From positions 40,080-104,079 of the forward strand of contig JBIOZG010000043.1 in assembly GCA_044870765.1 (NCBI GenBank): DNA of 64,000 nt, read 5' to 3'. Every line of letters starts with the position of its first letter. The first letter of the stretch is position 1. The position numbers were made by a program, and so were the translations under genes. The notes beneath the pieces were generated by a model. It searched no databases. It was not told where the DNA came from and saw only the letters and a list, made by a program, of their open reading frames with translations. The stretch is from Nitrososphaeraceae archaeon (GTDB taxonomy: Archaea > Thermoproteota > Nitrososphaeria > Nitrososphaerales > Nitrososphaeraceae). Shown one piece after another: positions 30,056 to 39,945 of the stretch.

Positions 30056-31375
30056 ATGCATTGGACACCCTCAGATTATACATCAGTGAAGGCAAGCTAT
30101 TCTAAACTAATGGATGCAATAACTATCAGACCAAGGGCAGAATCAATCTTTGCTGAGCAGGCAATAGGACGGGTTCTATGGACTGATATAATATCGCATA
30201 CCGATATCCCATCGAGTAACTGTTCTCACATGGATGGATTTGTTGTAAAATATAACGATATCAGTAGGATATCTCAACATAGACCAATAAAACTAAGGGT
30301 AGTGCCTAGAAGAAAAGATGACATGAATGAAAACCAGGTCCTGTTTACAGGACAAACTATTAGAGTCTCAACTGGCGAAGTCTTACCACGTTTGGGAGAT
30401 ACAGTTATCCCTGTCGAATATACACAGTTAGATGCTAAAAATAATTCAATTATAATTCAAAGGGTGTCGGCTAAAGGATCGTTTGTATCTCATAAGGGTA
30501 GTGAGATCGCATGTAAGGATTTGTTACTAACCAAAGGTCACATTCTTAGGGCACAGGATTTAGCATTAATCGCAATGCTTGGGATTCGAAAGCTAAAAAT
30601 TTTTAAAAAACCAAAAGTTGCAATAATTCCTACAGGCAATGAACTTACTGAGGACATTGCTGACATAAAGCGTGGAAAAATATTAAATACTAATAGTAAA
30701 GTCATATCTAATTTAATTGAAAAATTAGGAGGTACTCCTTTAGATCTGGGAATTACACCTGATAACATTCACAAGATAAAAAACAAAATTAGACTTGCGT
30801 TGTCTCAAAGTGATATCATATTAACAACGGGCGGATCTTCCGTTGGATTGCTAGATCTTGTTGCTGAATCAATAAACTATATTGGAAAGCCAGGAATTCT
30901 GGTTCACGGAATAAAACTTGATCGTGGAAGGGTAACGGGCCTCGCTGCACTCCACAACAGACCAGTAATTATTCTTCCCGGACCCATACAAGGAGCTGTG
31001 AACGCCTTTATTGTATTTGCTCAGCCACTAATTAGATTTATGTTGGGTCTGTATCCTTTTAATAAACCATTTATTTCAGCAAAGCTTACTGAAAATTGGA
31101 ACGCCCGAAGAAAATTTCAAGACTTTACAAAAATAATATATGTGAAGTTAACGTTATCAGAATCAGGTGAATTTCATGCAAAACCCATAACCGGGGAAAC
31201 TACGGACATTACAGTGCTAACAGGGAGCAATGGCTTTATTTTGGTACCCGAACGCTCGACTATGCTAAAAAGGGGGCAAAAAGTTAAAATAAACATTTTT
31301 CCTGGTCTGTCTTTTTCATCAGGTAACCCAGTAGAGTTTCCTTACCTGGCAGAAAGATCGTTCATTCCGTTTTAG
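30056..31375 (+). CDS. moeA: Molybdopterin molybdenumtransferase
   Basis: S.MDGF, STG..LP..DTVIPVE, IIPTGNEL, TTGGSSVG..D and LPG motifs. Confidence 0.93.
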   Translation: MHWTPSDYTSVKASYSKLMDAITIRPRAESIFAEQAIGRVLWTDIISHTDIPSSNCSHMDGFVVKYNDISRISQHRPIKLRVVPRRKDDMNENQVLFTGQTIRVSTGEVLPRLGDTVIPVEYTQLDAKNNSIIIQRVSAKGSFVSHKGSEIACKDLLLTKGHILRAQDLALIAMLGIRKLKIFKKPKVAIIPTGNELTEDIADIKRGKILNTNSKVISNLIEKLGGTPLDLGITPDNIHKIKNKIRLALSQSDIILTTGGSSVGLLDLVAESINYIGKPGILVHGIKLDRGRVTGLAALHNRPVIILPGPIQGAVNAFIVFAQPLIRFMLGLYPFNKPFISAKLTENWNARRKFQDFTKIIYVKLTLSESGEFHAKPITGETTDITVLTGSNGFILVPERSTMLKRGQKVKINIFPGLSFSSGNPVEFPYLAERSFIPF

Positions 31376-31382
31376 AAATACA

Positions 31383-32153
31383 TCATTTAAACAACCTAGT
31401 AGCCAGATTAATCCCTGCGACAGCTACTATAATTCCTATGATAAAAATTAATTTTTCGTGACTCAATTTTAATGCCCCCAACCTGGAACCTAGAAATCCC
31501 CCAAGAAGGACTACAAAGGCCAATGGTAAAATCAGTACAAAATCAACTTCCTGTGTGATTGAATGGGCAACAAGTCCGCTAACCGAATTTGTGAGTATGA
31601 ATAAACTAGCTGAGGCCGCAACTGTCTTTGGATTTGCTAGACCGGTTAATATCAAGATTGGTGATAACCAGATGCCCCCACCAATTCCAACAAGGCCCGA
31701 AACAGTCCCTAAAATAGCACCTAATGGTAATGTGATTAATGAAAGCCTAGGTAGACTTAGGTTTAATTTTCTTATTTTCTCCCGCCTTATTTTTATCTGG
31801 TTACCACTTAATAGTAGCATGGCCGAAGCTGAAAAAAGAGCAATTACGAAGATTAGTATGAGAGTTTTTTCTGGTAGTATAGTAGAACCTCCAATAAAAG
31901 CAAATGGTACTGAAATAAGTAACGGAATAGATATACGAAGTGATAGGTGACCTGCCCTTAAATAATTGAAGAGCGCTATTGAAGCAACAACTATATTCAG
32001 AGCTAATGACACAGGAGGGATGGTGAATAGATTTACCCCAACAAGAACTAGTATGGCAATATAGCTGCTTCCTCCTGCAAATCCAACACTAGAATAAATA
32101 AAACTTATTGCAAAGAAAACTGGAACAAGTATTATCAGTAATTGCTCATTAAT
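31383..32153 (-). CDS. TauE/SafE (TSUP) sulfite exporter family permease
   Basis: YSSVGFAGGSSY (upstream of the called GTG 32012) and SGLVGIGGGIWLSPIL repeats; probable non-canonical start near 32153. Confidence 0.87.
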   Translation of the reverse strand: MNEQLLIILVPVFFAISFIYSSVGFAGGSSYIAILVLVGVNLFTIPPVSLALNIVVASIALFNYLRAGHLSLRISIPLLISVPFAFIGGSTILPEKTLILIFVIALFSASAMLLLSGNQIKIRREKIRKLNLSLPRLSLITLPLGAILGTVSGLVGIGGGIWLSPILILTGLANPKTVAASASLFILTNSVSGLVAHSITQEVDFVLILPLAFVVLLGGFLGSRLGALKLSHEKLIFIIGIIVAVAGINLATRLFK

Positions 32154-33081
32154 GGCCGTGTCCCTCCATCATCTTAAATGCATGATCTAGCCCCGGAAAT
32201 AAGAATTCTAAAGACTCTGATACTGCACTTAAACTTCCCGGAATATTTACTATTAAACTCTTTCCTCTTACTCCCGCAACACCTCTTGAGAGCATCGATA
32301 ACGGTGTTCTTCTCTGCCCATATGCCCTACTTCCCTCTGCAATTCCCGTTATTTCCCTTTCTAAGACGTTTCTTGTAGCTTCAGGTGTCACGTCTCTTGG
32401 ACCAAGTCCTGTTCCTCCAGTTGTCAATATCAAGTTTAAATGGAGATCATCTGAATATTTTATTAAGAGTTCCTCAATAACAGAACTATCGTCAGGCACT
32501 ACTTGGGATTTGACCACATCAATACCTCTATTTTTTAGAGTTTTAACGATTAATTTTCCGGATTTATCTCCCCGCTTGCCAGCTGCAACTGAATCGCTGA
32601 CGACAATCACACCTGCTCTGATCTTATTTCCCTGCTTAATTGCAAAATGGCCCATTCCTCCTGACTTTTCGACAAGCTTTACAGATGAGATAAATAATGT
32701 TTCGTCTATGGGTTTTAGCATATCATATATCGTCAATGCACCAATACAAGCTCCACTAAGGGCTTCCATTTCTACCCCCGTTTTCCAAATACTTTTAACT
32801 TCTACATCGACTTCAATTGCGTGGGATTTTACTGATACTTGAACCTTAATTTGATCTATAGGTATTGGATGACAGTATGGTATAATGTCTGATGTTTTTT
32901 TAGCGCCCGACGTAGCTGCTATCTTCGCTGCCTCCACAATATCCCCCTTGGGAGACTTTCCTTGTCTAATCAATACTGCCGTTTTGGCGTCTATACTCAA
33001 TACCGCCTTTGCTTGTGCGGTTCTGTGAGAATCTGGCTTAGCACCAACATCAAACATTCCCCTGCCCTTTTTATCGTGCAT
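32149..33081 (-). CDS. moaCB: Bifunctional MoaC-MoaB/MogA molybdenum cofactor biosynthesis protein
   Basis: M.DV..K, IPYCHP, TGVEMEAL, IYDMLK (MoaC); DKSG, TTGGTGLGPRDVTPEA, NIPGS (MoaB). Confidence 0.93.
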   Translation of the reverse strand: MHDKKGRGMFDVGAKPDSHRTAQAKAVLSIDAKTAVLIRQGKSPKGDIVEAAKIAATSGAKKTSDIIPYCHPIPIDQIKVQVSVKSHAIEVDVEVKSIWKTGVEMEALSGACIGALTIYDMLKPIDETLFISSVKLVEKSGGMGHFAIKQGNKIRAGVIVVSDSVAAGKRGDKSGKLIVKTLKNRGIDVVKSQVVPDDSSVIEELLIKYSDDLHLNLILTTGGTGLGPRDVTPEATRNVLEREITGIAEGSRAYGQRRTPLSMLSRGVAGVRGKSLIVNIPGSLSAVSESLEFLFPGLDHAFKMMEGHGH

Positions 33082-33088
33082 CTTTTCT

Positions 33089-33505
33089 CTACTCAAGTAA
33101 TACTCCATCAGCCCATTTCTGACTTTCTTTAGATATTTCCTTTTTCCAAATAGGTACCCGAGTTTTCACATTATTTAGAACATATTTGCATGCCTCAAAA
33201 GCTTCATGCCTATGCTCTGAAGAGACCCCAATTATAATACTGGTCTCACCGGCTTTTATATTACCGATCCTATGAATTGCAACTAATTTTTTTATTCCCC
33301 ATTTTGTTTGTGCTTCATTTTCAATTTCCCTCAATTTTTCTTGTGCCATCTCATTGTAAGTCTCATAATAGATTTCTGAAACGTTACCAAACCTTCCATG
33401 ATTACGGACGTTGCCTATGAAAATTGATAATGCACCTGCAGAATTGTCCTCTAGTTCAAACATTATCTCTTGCAAATTTAGACGGTTATTGGTAATACTA
33501 ATCAA
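33089..33505 (-). CDS. moaE: Molybdopterin synthase catalytic subunit
   Basis: GA..IFIG.VR, HRIG, S.HR.EAFEAC and K..VPIWKKE motifs. Confidence 0.95.
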   Translation of the reverse strand: MISITNNRLNLQEIMFELEDNSAGALSIFIGNVRNHGRFGNVSEIYYETYNEMAQEKLREIENEAQTKWGIKKLVAIHRIGNIKAGETSIIIGVSSEHRHEAFEACKYVLNNVKTRVPIWKKEISKESQKWADGVLLE

Positions 33506-33508
33506 GAT

Positions 33509-33796
33509 TCAACCCCCGCTGACTGGCGGCAAAAGCGCAATTTGATCCTTGGAAGAAATAATGGTATCTCCACTAGTAACCTTACAATTTACAGAAGTTA
33601 CAAATTTGTTACTAAACGATTTTAGCTGCGGATACTTCTTTAATATTTCATCATTCAAGTGGTTTACTGTAATGCCAGTAGGTACAGTTATTGTTATTTC
33701 TCTTTCACCCACCAATTCTCTCAAAATTGCAAATAATTTGACTTTTATTTTGTCGTTACCTAAATTATCCGATCTCAATTTGAGCTTATCCACCAA
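33509..33796 (-). CDS. moaD: Molybdopterin synthase sulfur carrier
   Basis: VKLFA.LRE.VG and C-terminal LLPPVSGG. Confidence 0.95.
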   Translation of the reverse strand: MVDKLKLRSDNLGNDKIKVKLFAILRELVGEREITITVPTGITVNHLNDEILKKYPQLKSFSNKFVTSVNCKVTSGDTIISSKDQIALLPPVSGG

Positions 33797-34796
33797 TTGT
33801 ATGCATAAGGTTAAGTTTTGGCTTAAGGCCGTTAATTCTTATCAGACTCGCTATCCCTTCCTCTTTCATAGTCATACAGTGAATTAAGCAATGACCAAGC
33901 TCCTCATCTGATGCTCCTTTACGCAGATAACTCTTGATATCGTAACCTGGGTTTTCAAATAGACAGGTAAGGAATCTTCCATCAGAAGTCAATCTTATCC
34001 TATCGCACTGGCTGCAGAAGGGCTCTGTTACAGAGGGAATAAATCCCACAGTCCCTATTCTATCTGAAAAAGAATAGAGTTTAGCAGGTGCTGACATCTC
34101 TCGTTCTGAGGCAGGAAAAACTTTTCCAATATTGGATTCTAGTTTTTCGATCATTTCCATTTTACTAACAACGAGATCATTCCTCCATATCCCTGACCCA
34201 TCTAGTGGCATAAACTCTATAAATCGGACAGTGATGCCTGTCCGTCTTGCAAAATTGGCAAATTCAACAACTTCATCATCATTCCAACCCCTGACGACAA
34301 CTGTATTTATCTTTACATCAAATCCAACATCTTTTGCCTTTTGGATAGATTTTACGACTTTGTCTAGCCCATTTACCCCCGTCATCATCTTAAATCTATC
34401 TTCTTTAAATGAATCTAGACTAATATTCACGCTGTCAAGGCCGCTGGATTTTAATGATTCTACTTTCTCTTGAAGTAGTAACCCATTGGTTGTTAGCCCG
34501 ATGCTCTTAATGTTACCTATCTTTGCAATTGATTTGATTAGGTTTTCTATTGAAGGTCTGACCAGTGGTTCACCTCCTGTTATTCTTATTTTTTCAACCC
34601 CTAAATTAGCAAAAATAGATGAAAGTCTAGTCATCTCATCAAAAGAGAGAACTTCAGTAGTGTCAAGCCACTTTGTATTGTCCTTTGGCATGCAATAACC
34701 GCATTGCATATTGCACCTGTCTGTGACAGAGATTCTAAGCTTTTTTGCAATTCTACCATAATTATCTATTAATTTGCCTTTCATGGATCCTATCAT
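33786..34796 (-). CDS. moaA: GTP 3',8-cyclase (radical SAM)
   Basis: LRISVTDRCNMQCGYC, TGGEPL, FCSQCDRIRLT..G...CL and C-terminal IGG. Confidence 0.96.
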   Translation of the reverse strand: MIGSMKGKLIDNYGRIAKKLRISVTDRCNMQCGYCMPKDNTKWLDTTEVLSFDEMTRLSSIFANLGVEKIRITGGEPLVRPSIENLIKSIAKIGNIKSIGLTTNGLLLQEKVESLKSSGLDSVNISLDSFKEDRFKMMTGVNGLDKVVKSIQKAKDVGFDVKINTVVVRGWNDDEVVEFANFARRTGITVRFIEFMPLDGSGIWRNDLVVSKMEMIEKLESNIGKVFPASEREMSAPAKLYSFSDRIGTVGFIPSVTEPFCSQCDRIRLTSDGRFLTCLFENPGYDIKSYLRKGASDEELGHCLIHCMTMKEEGIASLIRINGLKPKLNLMHTIGG

Positions 34797-34824
34797 TTGC
34801 TTGCATACCAGGTTATGATGGCCA

Positions 34825-35514
34825 TCAATTTTTCCTTGCCTGCTTTAACTGTTCGATGAAATGAAACTTCCAACCCTTTGGTAAATCTTTAACCTTGACG
34901 GCACGTTCCATTGTTTGAAGATCATCCTTATTTACAGCGTATAATCTGACAATATCCTTTATCGTAACATTATTTTCATCTTTTTTGACAAGCTTGATTT
35001 CATCACCTTGTTCCAGCTCTCCTTCCTTCATTACCTTGAAGTAGACACCCGTAAGACCACTTGCCAGAAATTTTTTAATCATATCCATTCTTCCAAATTT
35101 TACTCCGAGTTTATAACATGGCATCCTAGGCTGAGTTGCGACAACTTTCGCTGTTCCAACCTGGAATTGATCTCCAATGTTAACCATTTCTTCAAACATT
35201 CCTTGTGTAGTAAAATTTTCACCAAACATACCCCAAGGCAATGACATGCCAGGGAGTTCCTTATTCCAGTAACTATAATGTTCTGCTGCATACGCATAGA
35301 TGGCCTTGTCAGCACCGCCATGTACTGTTAAGTCGGCCTGCTTGTCTCCGTCGAGATTGAGTTTCCGTAATCTTACACGACCACTTACTGGTTCCTTAAA
35401 GATTCCAGTAGTTACAACTTCACTCTGGAATTTCACTTGACGTGGAAGACCGACGTTTAGCGATAATAGCTTCAAAACACATAATTTATCCAGGCATCTT
35501 AAATAAACCTTCAA
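34825..35514 (-). CDS. MOSC domain protein (YiiM-like)
   Basis: GD.QAD..VHGG.DKA, FGENFT and QPRMPCYKL motifs plus 3-alpha C-terminus. Confidence 0.92.
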   Translation of the reverse strand: MKVYLRCLDKLCVLKLLSLNVGLPRQVKFQSEVVTTGIFKEPVSGRVRLRKLNLDGDKQADLTVHGGADKAIYAYAAEHYSYWNKELPGMSLPWGMFGENFTTQGMFEEMVNIGDQFQVGTAKVVATQPRMPCYKLGVKFGRMDMIKKFLASGLTGVYFKVMKEGELEQGDEIKLVKKDENNVTIKDIVRLYAVNKDDLQTMERAVKVKDLPKGWKFHFIEQLKQARKN

Positions 35515-35579
35515 AGGCCAAATTGCGACCCAGACTTTGGAGTTCTCAGACTTTTGAATGAGAAAACTTAATACTTTAT

Positions 35580-35798
35580 GTGGCGGATTGTCTATCTGTT
35601 GAATTGTTAACCCTAATTTGCCGTGAAACAGGATTGGATTGCGATTACGTGATTGAGGGTGAAACTGAAGAGGAGATATTGAGTAAAGGGGCAGACCATG
35701 CTATCATGGTACATGGTTTGAAAGCTGAAGAAATATTTCTTGAATACACTCCATGCAATTTCTTATGTCAGACTTTGAGCAAGTTAAGCAATCAATAG
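35580..35798 (+). CDS. DUF1059-like small metal-binding protein
   Basis: CRETGLDCDY...GETEEE.....DHA...HG. Confidence 0.75.
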   Translation: MADCLSVELLTLICRETGLDCDYVIEGETEEEILSKGADHAIMVHGLKAEEIFLEYTPCNFLCQTLSKLSNQ

Positions 35799-35843
35799 AT
35801 CACATCGCAAAAAAAATTTACACTGAACTCATCTCTAAATTAT

Positions 35844-35912
35844 CCATAAAGAAAAAAGCTAAATACTATGTAGTAGAACCCTAGTACATGCAGGGTTCTA
35901 ATCCTGACGGTC
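35844..35912 (+). repeat. att-like site A2
   Basis: aaaagctaaatactatgtagtAGAACCCTagtacatgcAGGGTTCTaatcctgacgg; 8-bp inverted repeat plus tRNA-like tail. Confidence 0.88.
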
Positions 35913-36064
35913 AAATATGTAAGACGATAAAAAACTTTTTGATGAATTAAGAATTAGCAATAATAGTATGACTGGAAGGTTACTGAGGTTATATCTAAAG
36001 ACTAGCAGTGCGACAATTATTTAAAGTCTCTCAAATATGATTAGTTTCTATGTTGCTAATCTTC

Positions 36065-37237
36065 TCAATTAGAGAACAATGTTTTGGAAAAAGCAGCGAG
36101 CTTCTTTAAAGCATTAATTCTCTCCTGTCTTTGTATTTCTGCTCCTTCGATAGCGTCTAACAGATAACTAATCGACTTATCATACGTATTCCGAGCGACC
36201 GGATAAGGTACCCCATCTTTACCACCGTGAGCGAAATTAAATTTCACAGGATCTTGCCATGAAGCTTTCATTCCAAAAATTATTTCACCTATGAGAGATA
36301 AAGCTCTAACGGAAGCAGGACCGAAACCAGGTATGGAAATTAGTTGCTCATAGTTCCTAGGTTGAATATCATAAATTTTTCTAAATAAATTCCAATCTAA
36401 TTTACGAGGCATTTCATAGTGTTCTTCACCATGGAAATCTTCAAAAAGGCTACCAGAAGTATCGCTTAAATTGCTCCTCGGCATCCAATGATCTAGCGTA
36501 CTATTATTTTTCAACAAATGATCTTTTTTTAGTACGAGCTTGTTAACAGAAGATTTTAGGTTCTCGGTATTGCCCGTTGCCAACTCAAGGGAAATTTTTT
36601 GATTTTCTTTTGAATTAATTGAAGACATGTTCAATGTCCTTAAATTCTTGTAATCGCTTATTATGCCTGCATGAGGCTCGCAAATGAAGCTTTTCACAAA
36701 ATCCGACATCCAATGATACCTTCTTGCAGTCATGCTTTTGGGGTTCATGCCTTGTTGAACTACGGACCAATTGCCATTTTTATCAAAAAGAATCACATGG
36801 TGATATAATGAGTATCCGTCTTGTACTACCGCATTATCGACTTTTGCAGCCATCCTACTTGCGTACACTAAATTATCCATTTTGTCAGAAGATAGATTGT
36901 AATATTTTTCAGCCAATATTGGGATTTCATTTTTAGTTTGGTTAGATTTTTTGCCCTTGCCTCCTGCTATTGAAATACCGTGTTCTTCAATTGTAAGTGA
37001 TTGTTTTAAAACGCCTGTTACTACGGTTGTTACCCCTGAAGAATGCCAATCAAAACCCAGTACACAACCAAAAGCCTGAAACCACAATGGATCAGATAGT
37101 CTTCTTAAAAATTCATGGCCGCCGTATTCATTTACAATCACTTTTGCAATTGCGCCTGAAAGTTTGATCATCCTGTCGATAAGATAAGGAGGGACATGAC
37201 CGCCATGCAGTGGTAGCTTAATCGTTGCATGAGACAT
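36065..37237 (-). CDS. DUF763 domain protein
   Basis: LPLHGG..P, DP.WFQAFGCVLGFDWHSSGVTT and FAHGGKDGVPYPV. Confidence 0.9.
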   Translation of the reverse strand: MSHATIKLPLHGGHVPPYLIDRMIKLSGAIAKVIVNEYGGHEFLRRLSDPLWFQAFGCVLGFDWHSSGVTTVVTGVLKQSLTIEEHGISIAGGKGKKSNQTKNEIPILAEKYYNLSSDKMDNLVYASRMAAKVDNAVVQDGYSLYHHVILFDKNGNWSVVQQGMNPKSMTARRYHWMSDFVKSFICEPHAGIISDYKNLRTLNMSSINSKENQKISLELATGNTENLKSSVNKLVLKKDHLLKNNSTLDHWMPRSNLSDTSGSLFEDFHGEEHYEMPRKLDWNLFRKIYDIQPRNYEQLISIPGFGPASVRALSLIGEIIFGMKASWQDPVKFNFAHGGKDGVPYPVARNTYDKSISYLLDAIEGAEIQRQERINALKKLAAFSKTLFSN

Positions 37238-37513
37238 TAATTGTAATCATATAATTAAATCATAGATCACTTTATTAATTTACTCGAAAATTTAAGAAAA
37301 GGTATTGGCAAACATACAAAATAAAGTTGACATTAAAAAATTGATATTAAAAAATTGCTTTACCTTATGAAAGTGCAAGAAAGGAATTGTAATCGTGGAA
37401 ATAATCTTTTGATATCGTTTCTACAGGCTTTGGTTAATCATTTTATTTGTTCAATTACAAACTAAATCCATGTAATCTTTATAAAAAATATTGTCGTTTG
37501 TAAAGAAAGGAAA

Positions 37514-37789
37514 ATGGCTAGTAGCTTATTTAGGCTGGAATCAAACAAGTTCAGTACCGAGAATATTCAGGCTACTTTAGTATGTTCGAAATGTGACGAG
37601 GCATTCTCAAAGGAATTTCCAGTAGACCTAGAAGGACAGACAATTGAGTTTAAATGTCCTATATGTGGATCCCCCGGAGAGACTGACCTGCCCTATAAAA
37701 GTCCAGAAGAAAGAGAGAACCTTGACCTTGATTTTGATCAAGTAGAAGAGGAACAAGATAATAGTGAAGAATTCGAAGAAAGCTATTGA
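37514..37789 (+). CDS. Small zinc-ribbon protein with acidic tail
   Basis: CSKC...CPICG. Confidence 0.7.
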   Translation: MASSLFRLESNKFSTENIQATLVCSKCDEAFSKEFPVDLEGQTIEFKCPICGSPGETDLPYKSPEERENLDLDFDQVEEEQDNSEEFEESY

Positions 37790-37977
37790 GGACTTAATTC
37801 TACATTCTCCGAATTCACATAAAGGAAAATTCATCATAATATTTTTAGGATTTTAATACAACCTACAACAAGCGTATCAGCTCTTTCTAGTCCCTAGAAT
37901 CTAAGTTGTTACGATTGGAAACGGTATAATGGCCAATAACAAACAACCGCTAGAACATGAAAGGTATATAGATTTTA

Positions 37978-38910
37978 TTGGCACATAGGAAAATGGATTT
38001 CAAATTGGGATACTTTTATTCATTAATAGGTTTAGGATCTGGCCATATGTTTATCATTGTCATATCCACAGGATTACTAGCCCTGTCAATAACTTCAAAT
38101 AATTATTTAATTAATTCAACCTGGGCTCAAACACAGATTTTTAGTAGTGCAGAATCCAATTCTGATCCTATTAGGAGCGATGTTAGTTTGGATAACGGCA
38201 TATGTGATTTTAATTCCGAAAATCCTTTTTCGTCCAACGCTCTTCTTGAAAAATTGAGGGATGATTTCTGCGATGAAGATATCAACTCAATTGAAAACGA
38301 TGATGACGAAAACGATGATGAAATAAGAGATCGGATTAATGAAGCAGTAGATGACGAAGATGATCAAGGAAATGGAGAAAATGACAATTTATCAACACAA
38401 GACAGAATACAAAAGAGGTTGCAAGAACTAAAAGATAAATTAGAAAAGGTTTTGTCGGAAGAAGAAGAAGAGGATCAACCATTACCAGAAGAAGAACAGA
38501 AGCAAGTGGAAGAAGAAGATCAATTCGCTATTAAGGAACACAAAGCTGAAAACGATAATGACTGTAAAGGTGGAAATGTGCTTGAGGGTGCGTCAAATGA
38601 GGAAGATCTAAAAGTATTGTCGGAGTGTCAGGAAGCGGTAGGTGAAGTAGTTCACACGAAAAAAATGGACGATGGCGATTACAAATTTCTTTTAAACGTT
38701 GAGAATAAATACAAGTATCTTTTAAATGAAAAAAATGACGATAAAACCGACGGGTTCTTGGTGGTAGAAATCGTTCCACCAGATCAAGGTAAAAGCGGAA
38801 TAATTCTTCCAAAGGAAGGTGACCGGGTTCACATATGGGGAGCATGGGTTACAGACAAGCCAAAAGGATGGCATGAAATACATCCTACCTGGAAAGTAGT
38901 TAAACAGTAA
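37978..38910 (+). CDS. Secreted protein with acidic low-complexity linker and C-terminal OB-fold-like domain
   Basis: TM/signal segment, D/E-rich middle, DGDY...VVEIVP...GDRV..WGAWVTD...GWHEIHP. Confidence 0.72.
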   Translation: MAHRKMDFKLGYFYSLIGLGSGHMFIIVISTGLLALSITSNNYLINSTWAQTQIFSSAESNSDPIRSDVSLDNGICDFNSENPFSSNALLEKLRDDFCDEDINSIENDDDENDDEIRDRINEAVDDEDDQGNGENDNLSTQDRIQKRLQELKDKLEKVLSEEEEEDQPLPEEEQKQVEEEDQFAIKEHKAENDNDCKGGNVLEGASNEEDLKVLSECQEAVGEVVHTKKMDDGDYKFLLNVENKYKYLLNEKNDDKTDGFLVVEIVPPDQGKSGIILPKEGDRVHIWGAWVTDKPKGWHEIHPTWKVVKQ

Positions 38911-38983
38911 AATTTCATATTCTTTTCATTGAAAATTAAATTACGAATAAGATAGGAGCCAATTAGAAGGACATCTTGAGAAA

Positions 38984-39041
38984 GAAGAGCTAAATAGAAG
39001 TTAAGTAGAACCCTAGTATATGCAGGATTCTAATCCCGAGG
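38984..39041 (+). repeat. att-like site A3
   Basis: gagctaaatagaagttaagtagaaccctagtatatgcaggattctaatcccgagg. Confidence 0.85.
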
Positions 39042-39057
39042 AATCGCAGAATTGTGG

Positions 39058-39147
39058 GAAACTTTAAAGCTTAGAAGTTTTATGCATCTAATCAGAATCC
39101 CTTTTTAGAACCGATAGCGTCGCGAGTACCGACGTCCGAAGACTTGA
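39058..39147 (+). repeat. att-like site B1
   Basis: aaactttaaagctta...agaatcc..ttttagaaccgatagCGTCGcgagtacCGACGtccgaagacttga. Confidence 0.85.
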
Positions 39148-39310
39148 CTTAAAGAGAAGTCAAATGTGGCATTGAAAAAATATTTATTTCCTTAATTGGA
39201 AACAAAGATGGACTAATCTTCTTGGCAGCCGATATCGTCGGAATTCCATTAGCGAGAACATAGGCTTGTCTATTCCTAACTTTAAATATTATGAATCAAT
39301 ACATTTTCTT

Positions 39311-39820
39311 ATGACCATGAAAGTGAAAGTTGCAATTACTAGTACTGCAGTGGTAGTCTTAGTGGTATTAGCAACTGTAGTGATAACAGCATCAACATAT
39401 GGGTTGACTGAACTGGTGTTCGCACAAGCAGTTCCAAAATTTGTGATAAACCTAACAGGCAGTGAAGAAGTACCGCCGGTTCAAACACAGGCATCAGGTG
39501 TAATCGAAATCAGCCTAATGCCCGATTCGGTGGGATATAGTATAAACGCTACTAATATTGACGGCGTTACAGCAGGACATGTACATCTTGGCAAAAAAGG
39601 CGAAAACGGACCTGTAGTGGTTACATTGTTCAAATATGATTCTCCTATGAATAAAGTATCGGAAAACGGTACAATTACGGCTGATAAACTTGAAGGACCT
39701 ATGGCTGGCAAGCAATTATCTGACTATCTAGCTGCAGGTGCTAATGGTTCATTATATATCAATATTCATACAGAACGAAATCCCAATGGAGAAATTCGTG
39801 GACAAAGTGGAGCCAATTAG
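39311..39820 (+). CDS. CHRD domain protein, secreted
   Basis: L.G.EEVPPV.T.ASG, GHVHLG..G.NGPVV and YINIHT..NPNGEIRGQ. Confidence 0.92.
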   Translation: MTMKVKVAITSTAVVVLVVLATVVITASTYGLTELVFAQAVPKFVINLTGSEEVPPVQTQASGVIEISLMPDSVGYSINATNIDGVTAGHVHLGKKGENGPVVVTLFKYDSPMNKVSENGTITADKLEGPMAGKQLSDYLAAGANGSLYINIHTERNPNGEIRGQSGAN

Positions 39821-39945
39821 CCCAAAAATAAAAACGATATTGACTGCCGCGGATTTAGGGAATAATTCAAAACCTCGTGGATTATAACGGTAATAAATAC
39901 CAATTAATACCAACATATATATGCCCTTATGCCTAGTATAATAAC

